From contig NC_083224.1 of NCBI RefSeq assembly GCF_032191835.1, forward strand, positions 97,836,001 to 97,900,000: a stretch of 64,000 bases of DNA. Reading direction: 5' to 3'. The notes under the pieces were generated by a model. It did not search any database. It was not told the origin of the DNA and saw only the letters and a list, made by a program, of their open reading frames with translations. A program made the position numbers and the translations under genes. Positions 10,825 to 20,743 of this stretch are shown piece after piece. This DNA is from Heteronotia binoei. Its lineage: Eukaryota. Position 1 is the first letter of the stretch, and every line of letters begins with the position of its first letter.

Positions 10825-12493
10825 GGGTTTTTTTGATAAAACAATTTTATTAGTAACATATGGTAATAAATCTATATCTATATCTTACATCTTAAAAATT
10901 TATTTTATCTACCCCATATATTACTTTCCAACCCCCCCCCATTACTTGACCCCCGCCAGTGTTATTTACTTTAAAAAATATATTAAAGGTACCCTTAACT
11001 ATTAAAACAAGAATTTATATTCTTCTTTTTAAAACTTAATTATTGTCAAAAATTGTCCAATGTCCTTTTATTTTCCACTCTTTTTCTATATATCTTCTAA
11101 CCTTTTTCCACTCCGTCTTAAAAACTTCTAACTCATAGTCTCTTAATATTCTTGTTAATTTGTCCATTTCACTCCATGTCATTACTTTTATAATCCAATC
11201 CCATTTCTCTGGTATTTTTTCTTGCTTCCACAACTGCGCATACAATGTCTTAGCAGCTGAAAGCAAGTACCAGATTAAAGTTTTATCTTCTTTTGGAAAT
11301 TTTTCCATTTGTAATCCCAATAAGAAAGTCTCTGCAACTTTCATTACTTCATATCCCAATATCCTAGAAATTTCTTGTTGAGTCATTTGCCAATACTGTT
11401 TTGCTTTTTCACAAGTCCACCATATATGGTAGAAAGAACCTTCATGCTTTTTACATTTCCAACATCTGTCTGGCATCTTTGCTAATTTTTTAGGAGTCAT
11501 ATACCATCTATACATAATCTTAAAACAATTTTCTTTAATACTTTGACATGAAAGTTTCATAGAGTTCTTCCACAAATATTCCCAAGTTTCCATCTGTATT
11601 TTTTTATTTACATTAATTGCCCACTTGATCATTTGAGATTTCACTACTTCATCTTCTGCAGACCATTGTAGAAGTAATTTATATACTTTTGAAATTAATT
11701 TATCATTGTCTCCAAACAGAACTTTTTCCATTTCTGTTTGCTCTTTCCTTATTCCTTCAGTTTTAATATCCTTCTCCACCAAGCTCTTTATTTGTTGCAT
11801 TTGGAACCAATCATATTTATGATTCAACTCTTCAGCAGTTTTCAGTTCTATTTTGCCACTTTGTATTTTTAATAATTGATTATATGACAACCACTTTTCT
11901 TCACCTATCTCAGCCATTATTTTTATTACTTCAGCTGGCACTATCCATAACGGTCTTCTCTCATCTCCATATTTCTTATATTTCATCCATGTATTTAGCA
12001 AATTATTTCTTATATAATGGTGAGAGAAAAAACCGTCCATCTACTTTTTTCCATAATACAAATACGTGTGCCAGCCAAATTTATTTCCGTGACCTTCCAG
12101 CACTAAGAGTTTTTTGTTTAACAGCGTTATCCATTCTTTTATCCACACTAAACAAACTGCTTCCTGATATAATTTTAAATTCGGTAGTTGAAATCCACCT
12201 CTCTCTTTTGCATCTGTCAAAATTTTCATTTTAATCCTTGGTTTCTTCCCAGCCCACACAAATTCTGAAATTTTCCTTCGCCATTTATCAAATTGTTTAC
12301 TATCTTTCACAATGGGAATAGTTTGAAACAAATACATTATTCTTTGTAGAATATTCATTTTAATTGCAGCTATTCTACCCAGCAGTGACAAATTAAGTTT
12401 ATTCCATTTTAACATATCTTCATCCACTTTAAGCCACAGCTTCTCATAATTATTTTTATTTTTAAACAGATCAATATTCTTCATGGTTATCTC
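10825..12493 (-). mobile_element. 5'-truncated L1 LINE (ORF2 C-terminus) in SELENOP2 intron 1
   Basis: LSLLGRIAAIKMNILQRIMYLFQ, WAGKKPRIK, RWYMTP, CWKC...HIWWTC zinc knuckle. AATAAA plus A-tail at the 3' end. Perfect 18-bp TSD caaattacatccatcttg at 10807-10824 and 12494-12511. One frameshift in an A-run near 12040. Confidence 0.95.
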
Positions 12494-12714
12494 CAAATTA
12501 CATCCATCTTGTGTATGTGAATTGTATCTGGCCAATGCAGCTACTGTTTGTCTGAAGTTCAGTAGCCTTTCTCATGCTCAAAGATCATATCTTGCTTTTC
12601 CCAGAATTTCCAAGTGCTTTAAGAGAACTACATGTATATTCAGTTACACACACATAAACTTCATGATGCATTCCAATTAATGCTAGAGAGTTACCTCTGG
12701 TGTAAAGCTGCCAA

Positions 12715-12897
12715 CTCTGGGTTGCAAAATTACTGGAGATTTGTGAGTGGAGTCTGGGGAGGTGGGGTTTAGAGTCTACTATCCATACAGTTCACCTTCC
12801 AAAGCAGCCATTTTCTTTAGGGGAACTGATCTCTGTAGGGTGGTGAACAAATGTAATTTTGGGAGCTCTCCAAACCCCACCTGGAGGTTGGGAAGCC
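12715..12897. mobile_element. Degenerate MITE (TAGGGTTGCCA family)
   Basis: Shares ccttccaaagcagccattttc...ggaactgatctctgt...cacctggaggttgg with the element at 35393-38035. Confidence 0.6.
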
Positions 12898-13044
12898 TTC
12901 TCTGGTGCAGTGATGTCCCTTTCAGGTCTACCCTGAACAATTGCTTAGGGCCACCTAGGAGATGGACAATTCCTGTTTGGGGATGGAGCTTGCTGCCATT
13001 ATTCTTCCCTTATCTTCATTTTCCTGTATTCCCCCTTAGAACAG

Positions 13045-13172
13045 AGATTCAGGGAGGTAGCTGACCATGTTGGTCTGAAGCAGCAGAACAAAGTTTGAGT
13101 CCAATGGCATCTTTAAGACCAACACAATTTTATTCAAGATAGCTTTTTTGTGCATGCACACTTCTTCAGATA
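13045..13172. repeat. Dispersed repeat, Penelope-like terminal-repeat fragment
   Basis: ttggtctgaagcagcagaacaaagtttgagtccaatggcatctttaagaccaac...cacacttcttcagatac. Related copies at about 18130-18250 and, reversed, 62020-62105. Family assignment is from memory of reptile repeats. Confidence 0.45.
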
Positions 13173-13678
13173 CAGAAGAACAGTGATACTAAGTGGCTGA
13201 GGGGCCACTTGTGGCTCTTCTGAGCACAGTTCTGCAGTTTGGACCTGGTCCATGTTTCAGGGAAGTGGGCAAGGCCTTTGTCTAGTGGGCTTATTATTGA
13301 CAGATTATTCCCACCCTGCAACAACCAATGCCAGAGGAATAACTAAACTGCAGATGCACCCATTCCCGGCCAGTGGCTGGGGGACTTGGCAACCCTAGCC
13401 AGGGACAGAAGTAAATGTAGCTCTTTTGCTTGATGGCAATTGCAAATGTGGCTCTCCATAAGTGAGTACCATTGTCTTAGAATATTTCAAAAGGCCTATG
13501 GAGCTATGGAGGACTTATTCAGTTCAATATTTTATGGCAGAGAGTAGTCCCTCCTGATCCAAATGCATGATTCTAGGTTCACCATGATGTTAGTGAATTC
13601 TGACATGTATGTGATACTGCATCTTGCACTCATTTACAGCCCCAGGGACAGGTGGTTTTCTCCATATAGTGAACTCAC

Positions 13679-13915
13679 CTGGCAGCTTGCTTGAGACAGA
13701 ATTGTCAGCTGGCTTTTAACAGTGCCACTACTGTCACTTGGCCCTCCATCCAATCCATTGGGACTGTCCCATTGATCTTCCAGAGTGGTGCAGGCTGGCA
13801 TATTTGGCTCCTGTTCTCAGCTGCTTCTACCAGTGTGGCGGTAATCACCAATCCTACCAAGAAGGTTGTTGTGGCTAAGGCGGGACACAGTTCATCTTTT
13901 CCATATCCATGCAGC
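13679..13915 (-). CDS. SELENOP2: Selenoprotein Pb (SELENOP2), first recognisable coding exon: signal peptide and UxxC motif
   Basis: Minus-strand translation LCPALATTTFLVGLVITATLVEAAENRSQICQPAPLWKINGTVPMDWMEGQVTVVALLKAS-TGA-QFCLKQAA. This matches the SELENOP family motif GQVTVVALLxASUxxC. TGA at 13705-13707. Acceptor ttattgtag|13915, donor ag|gtgag after 13679. No in-frame ATG inside the exon as assembled (see findings). Confidence 0.92.
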
Positions 13916-14274
13916 CTACAATAAGATAAATACAGTAGGATTAAGAATACAACAGCTCCCTTTGCAGGTCAGACTCAGGCTGCAATTCTCAACAGATAAA
14001 ATAAACATAGTAGGATAAGATAAATAGAGTAGGATTATAACCGCTCCCTTTGCAGGTCAGACTCAGGCTGCAATTCTCAACAGATTTATTTCTGAGTAAA
14101 CTCAGTTGAGCTTAATTTGTAAAGATCCATATTCTTTGATGTCTTGTTTCTGAATGTGGTCAATTAATGATGGATGCTAAAGGTGAAGTCACATGGCAGC
14201 TACCAAGGCTTGAGCCCCCTTGTGTCAAATTCAGAATTGTTAAGGGTTCAGTTATACTAGAGATCTATAAATAC

Positions 14275-14609
14275 CTTTGTATTCCCTCAGATATGAGCTC
14301 CAGGAGGACAGCATTTGTATCAGAAAGCATTGCGAGGGAAGATGCAACTGTCTTGATCCATAGCAGCCCTGTTGCAAATTGCTCCCTCAGGGATCTCCTG
14401 AAACCATGTGTAAATATATCCTGAATCAACTTTCCCCTGAGTTCTTCCCTTCTAGCAGCATAACTAGGCTGATTCTTCCAGTTCAGCAAATTTAATATCC
14501 TCAACACGCTGCACAATTTCTCAGATGTTGCAGTCCAATTGTTTTTCAGCAATAGCAGAAACAGATATGCAATGGGGTCAGTTTTCCTGACATTTTTGTT
14601 TTAAATTAC
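14275..14609 (-). other. Candidate exon upstream of SELENOP2 carrying an open frame of about 105 codons
   Basis: Acceptor ctccccgcccccacccgcag|14609, donor aaag|gtattt after 14275. Frame ...DPIAYLFLLLLKNNW...AMLSDTNAVLLELISEGIQR. No family recognised. Confidence 0.4.
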
Positions 14610-17384
14610 CTGCGGGTGGGGGCGGGGAGGCACAGATTTTAATTGCGTTTTAATCTAATTCAGTTCAATTTAATTTGAGAGAACAAATGTTTAATCCTTA
14701 GGGTAAGGGCAGTGGGTATGCTGAACTTGAACTTTTTCAGCCCATGTAATAATTTGTAAAAAAAAACCCCAAACATGTTGTTTCTTCCCCTTTCTCTTCC
14801 TTCAGTTCAAATTTGCTATCAGTTGTATAAACTGTGCCTTCCACACAATGCAGAAAGTACTCTTACAGTTTAAAGAATTAGAGCTTGTTTTTAGGCTAGA
14901 AAACCGTTGTGGCTGTTAAACAATGATAACTAACAAGAGATAGTCTCTCCATATTTGTAGCATCCCAAATTCCACACTCTTAGCCTGCACAGTTCTGTTC
15001 ACCAAAGATCCCTTATGGTCAGCTTTTCAAAAACACTATCTCCTATGCTATGATCCTGAAAATAATCCCTCTTTAGCTGATATGATTTAGTATAGCAGGT
15101 TGCTCCAAAGTGGGTGATTCTAAAAGCTTCAAGGGGGTAATGGGTAACTAAGAAACTAACCATCTATTTAAGGAATGTGTTCATTATAAATAGGTGAAGT
15201 TTTATTAATTAAAAAAACAACAACCTCCAAGTAAATGCATTTCTGATACTAACAATTCACAGACAATAAAATACACAAAAGTCCTGGGCTTGGCAATGTC
15301 ATGGTCATGAACATTTCTGTTGGTTGTAATACTGATTTTGCAATAATTTCTTTGAAACCCACCAACAAATGTGGCAGCCACGTCTAGGGAAGAAGGCTGC
15401 CTACACCTGTGTGTTTAACTTTTTAATCCAAGGAAGCTGCTATTAGCCTGCAGAGAGAAAAACCACAACCATGATTCAAGTCCCTGTAATTTTTTTCCTG
15501 CTGCAAGGTTAAGGCAACTTCAGGGTATGTGTAAGATTTAGACTGGTAAAATAGCACTGTATGGGGTTGTTCACAGGCCTGGAGAAAACTGTCCGGTCCC
15601 TTTACTGGAGGCCTAATGTGTGGAAATAGGCAGCTGAAGCTTTTCCTGGCATCCTGTTAAGACTCAAACAGGACTCCCCTCCTCCAATCAGCTGCAACCT
15701 GACTGTTGAAAGAATTAAATACCCCATACTTTTATTCATCTTGAACCCATCTTACCAAAATGTAAAAAGATATTGGGAGGTTTTATTATGTATGTCCCAT
15801 GTGTATCACATCTATTTCAACCTAGTCGAAGATCACTGTATTTCAGAAGCAGCATATGGGAACATATTGCATAAAACCTCCCTAAGCCCCAAGTAATTAG
15901 AAGATCCTTTCTCATGTCTGTATAAAGTTCCTCTTTTTCTGTTACTGAACTGCCCCATCTAAATCAGGCTTGGAAGAAAGGAATCCTACGCTGGTCTACT
16001 CAGAAGTAGATTCCATGTTATTCAACTGGGCTTTCTCAAAGACTGCAGCCATATACATTGTCTTACCTAACATAAAAGTCAAAATCACACTCTCATATTA
16101 ATAATTTTTAAAAATGCAGAAATGGAAGTTGAAGAGAGTAATAAGTACCCCTTTTAAAATTTGCTAACACAAAACAGGTTCACATACATGTTACCTTGAG
16201 AAAATGATCTTGACAGGTCTTCTCATGTACTTACACCCTGGAAAAGGATTTAAATGAGTCTGGATTCAGCCTTATTGTTACTGTAGTGGTGTTACAGTAT
16301 GTGCCAGCATGAGGAATATTTGTGCAGAAAAATATGCCCAGATTTTGAGCCACCATATGCTCTTGCATATATACTGACCTCTTTAACACATCCTTCAAAA
16401 GGCTGATTACAGTTGTGTTATTCTTTTGAAAATCGTTCTGGATTAACTTTTTCATAGACTCACTTCACACATGACAAGGTAGGAAATCCATGTGCAAAAA
16501 ACTAATGCCATAATGTGTGTGTGTGGGGAGAGAAAATAATTTTGGTACAATTTAACACCAGTAGCGCACAGAAGCTATTGTGACAAAATGGTATATGCTT
16601 GGGCCAAAACAGATATACAATTTTCACATGATAAAGTCAGCAGTAAGTATAGGAACTGTAAACTTCACAAGTAGAGCTAGGAAACAATATTTAAGAAAAG
16701 AAGTAAATTCAATACTAAATAATCATAGAAGCAAAACTTCCTATATCATATCTGCAAGGCGCCTCTGCTACTTCAAAAATTTAATGAAGAACTGGTGGCC
16801 TGGTGCAACTGCTTGAACTTGTAGGTTCCAAAAGCATAGAATTAGTCACAGTTCTAGTAGATCTTGCAAGCAGAAAAAGCAACTCCTGGAGAACCTGTGA
16901 ACAAATATGACTAATCATAGATGCATGTCAAGGGCGAAATCTTACAGAAACCCAACACAGAAGCACATAACAGAACAAAGTTGATTCAGACTTTGTTCTG
17001 TTGCTTCAGACCAATGCAAATAGGCACCAGAAGCACACAATATAACTCTCTTCATTCCCTAACATAATCCTAGTAAGGAATTGCCAGCATCTTTTCTCTG
17101 TTATGACAACCCTTTGCCTTCCCTTCCTCTTCAAACAGTTCAAGTGCTGCCCGTTTTCCTCCCTTCTGTCTTTGTTCTCTGCAGCTTGCACATTTTGAAA
17201 ATTCTATACTCTTAGTTTTTATTTGAAGTTTGGCAAACTAAAGCAAAAATTATCACAAGAAGATTGATGTAATACACTGTCTAGATGCCCAGGACTGCTT
17301 CTGTGAAGATCATGTTAGTGAAACCTCAACAATTTTCATCCCCCTAGTTAAAAAAAACAAACCCACTAATCCTTCTTATACTAG

Positions 17385-17561
17385 TAGGATTGCCAACAGG
17401 TCTAGTGAGAAATGTTCTACGCCTTTAATAGAGGCTTAATGTGTGGAAATAGACAACTGAAACCTTTCATAACAAGGAGGTAAATAACATCACCTGGTAA
17501 ATAACACCTCATTCTGTTAAAGGGACAGGATTTTTTTCTCTCCAAACAGTTGGCAAACCTA
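17385..17561. mobile_element. MITE (TAGGATTGCCA...TGGCAAACCTA)
   Basis: Imperfect TIRs; a fragment of the same interior lies at about 15570-15660. Confidence 0.5.
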
Positions 17562-18719
17562 AGGTCATGTCAATCAAACCTTGCCAGTCTTATGCCTCAG
17601 GAATCCAGAGGTCTTTAACCTAGGGAAAAATAATGATTGCTTACATCCCTCCTTCCTTCCCTTTTGTGTCAAATCTCACAGCTAGATAACTTACAGAATC
17701 TAACCCAGATGACACCCTCCCCAATTAATTTCCACACAAAATTCCTAATGTGATACTCTGCCTTTTCCCCGATGACTCCAGCTTTAGTTCTATGCCGTCC
17801 TTTGAGGGAACTCTGCTTTCTCTAACCTTCTACCCGTATGCTGGCTCCAGCGTGCTTTTTCTCCCATTTCAGTCCTCTTCTCCCAAAAGGGGCTGGGACA
17901 GGATGTGTGTGTTAAAGTGGCAGTTACCCACCGAGATGTCCCTGGGAAATCACATAGCAGTATGCATAGTGCTCACCACTGCCAATCAACAAGCAGTACT
18001 TGTTTACTCAGGGATCAAGTGTAGTAGCTTGAAGAGATATCTTTCAGTGCTATACAGTCAATGCTGGGAGAGCATTATCTCCTTCCAGAGCACTGGCAAG
18101 CCACCTGACAGTTGCCAGTTACATCTAAGAATACGTAGAACAGATTTTGAGTCCACCTTTAAGACCAACACCTTTAAGACCAACAAAAGTTTATTCAAAG
18201 TATGAGCTTTCATGTGCACACACACTTCAAACACACACTTCAGACATATAGAGATGGAAGCTAATGTTTCATATATATAGGCAGATGCCTCCACATAAGT
18301 GAAGAACAAATTAACATACAACTGAATGAAGATGTTTTGACATATGCAAAGCAAAGACTAAATAAGAATTGGTACTATTGGTACAACACTCATGACGTGA
18401 CAAGAAGGAAACAGCTTGAAAAGGAAGTTCCAGAGGGTATACCACATTTTTGCATTCAAATTGCATCTCTTTATTTGTGGTCATGCTGCTTGTTTTCCTA
18501 CAGGTAAAAAAAAATCCAAGATCAGCTGTGCATGATAAGATATTAAAAGATTAAGCATATAGGAAATAGAGTTCCTTTGTGTCTCCTGCTCTGGCATGAA
18601 CTTCCTAAGCTTTTATCTCCAAAACATTCCAAGGCACAGATGGAACAATAAACTGTTCTCCTTAGAGTAATTTTGCAATTGTCTTTGCCAGGCTGCTTCC
18701 ACTAGTAGGGCATATACAT

Positions 18720-19070
18720 GGGATGGAGAAAGTAGAGAAAGAAGTACTTTTCTCCCTTTCTCACAATGCGAGAACTCATGGGCATTCAATGAAATTGCTG
18801 AGCAGTCAGGTTAAAACGGATAAAAGGAAGTACTGTGGAATTCACTGCCACAGGAGGTGGTGGCGGCTACAAGCATAGCCAGCTTGGATAAAAATATGGA
18901 GCAGAGGTCCATCAGTGGCTATTAGCCACAGTATGTGTATATATATGTGTGTGTGTGTATATACACACACATATACACACACACACATATATCGGTCACT
19001 GTGTGACACAGAGTGTTGGACTGGATGGGCCATTGGCCTGATCCAACATGCCTTCTCTTATGTTCTTATG
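18720..19070 (+). mobile_element. CR1 LINE 3' fragment with internal (TG)n/(CA)n microsatellite
   Basis: tctcacaatgcgagaactcatgggcattcaatgaaattgctgagcagtcagg...gatgggccattggcctgatccaacatgcc...tatgttcttatg tail. Confidence 0.7.
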
Positions 19071-20743
19071 TTGTGTGCATTGCCCAGCTTTAAGAAAAAT
19101 TTGAAAGTAGGAGTCTACACAGAACGGGCAGCGCAATCCAGAAATAAGTAGCGGCTGGCTGTGGGGTAGCTGCCACGCCGCTAGTAGATTTCCTGAGGAC
19201 TTCGGAAGGCTGGAGCGTGGGGAGGGGAGAGGCGTAGCTTGCCGTGAAGGAGACGGTCGTCATGGCAATGCCACTGGCATAGGCACGCAAGGAAGGCAGA
19301 GGCAGCTGGAGGGGAGGGCCAGCCCACCCCCCCATTGGCCAGTGCTGGCGCATGCGCCACAACTCATGACAGTCAGGGATGGGGAGAGGCGGCCCCAGAG
19401 AGACTGATAGCCATCCCCAATCTGCCCCCAAACAGAGAACAGAGCCAATGATGGGCAGACCATCAAAGGCAAAGGAGAGACGTCCCACCAACACAGGGAG
19501 GAATCAGGAGTGAGGCTGGGCATGCGTGCATGAGAAGCCTGGCTTGGTGGCAAGGTGGGGGTGAGGGCAAGACAGGCCTGCACGGGACCACGGAGAAGCC
19601 ATCAATCCCCTCACACCCTCCCGCTGTCAGAGACTTTGCCAATGGCAGGTAGACAAGCAGGAAGTACCAAGTGCATGAGTTCGCTGTCATAGACAGCTGC
19701 TGGAATGTGTGTCTGGGAGTGAGCAGCCCAGCAGCAGACACCCCCCCACCCAGAGACCCCCTGTGTTGCCCTGATGCCCCCTGCCATGTGCACGGAACTC
19801 CTCCCCCGGGGGCCGCAGAACTCAAGAGTGTGACTGCATCAGCTGCAGAACTCTGAGTCCACTTCATCAGCCCCCCCCTTAGTGCCCTGCGCACAACAGC
19901 ACTGTGGGGCTGGGTCGGCTGTCAGCCCGGGCAGGCTGAGGGGCGGCACTCCCCTTCCCTGTCCAGCCACGCAGGGGGCAGTGTGGCAGCTCATAGACCG
20001 TTTCCCCCCCAAAAACCCCAAGTCTTCCCAGCCTTCCAGGCATTTCCCTCAGAGAGGCCACTGCCGGGGGCGGGGGTGGGGCACGGTTTGCCCAGGGAAC
20101 ATGCAGCAGATGCCAAGAAGGAGAGACAACAGAGGGCACAGCTCAGACTTTATTTTTCCGGAACAGAGCACAACAGTCTCCCTGGCACATGCTGGGCAGT
20201 CTCGCTGTGGGCGGGGCGCCATTCCGAGTGGCGGGCAGAAACAGCTGAGGGAGTGGGGGGGCGGTGGAGCGACACACGCGGAAGCCTCTGTGTTGGAGTC
20301 CCACCTGCAAAATGGAGATAGAGATCAAGAGCACCTGCAAGGGCGGCAGCTGGAAGAGCAGGCTGTGTTTCAGCCAGGTGCTCTCTTAAAGGGACAGTCT
20401 CTGACCCACCTCCCTGCAACGGGGCAGCTGCCACACACACACACCCCTGTGCCCTGCCAGGGGGTGGGAACGCGGCAGAGGGCAGACCAAGGGAAGGGAG
20501 CAGGTGGCAGCACAGGGGAGCAGGGCAAGCAAATGCCCCCTGCCGGAGCCCACTGCCTGGTTCAAGTGCCGGAGATGCTCGCAAACCGAGTGGTCGAGAG
20601 TGAAGGGAGGGGGAGGCCGGGGGGGGGGGGGGGGACAGTGGAATTTACCCAGCCATGGGTGACAGTCCTCACATGCAGAGCCTCTGGGAGCCCGAAACCT
20701 GTGGAGACCTGGAAACAAGAGCAGTTAGCCCCAGGGAAGAGAC

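Noticed and set aside
12030-12050. Treating every frameshift as biological
   Set aside because: Several fall in homopolymers (12040 A-run, 53010 C-run, 5425 C-run, 14580 A-run, 13891 AA) and may be long-read assembly errors; read validation is needed.
16465-16467. In-frame TGA upstream of ORF 16231-16455 as a Sec codon
   Set aside because: No redox motif or family context; a candidate acceptor just downstream excludes it.
16560-18130. Protein-like minus-strand readings as further exons
   Set aside because: Frequent stops in all frames, and an inverted repeat fragment (16969-17002) accounts for part of the reading.
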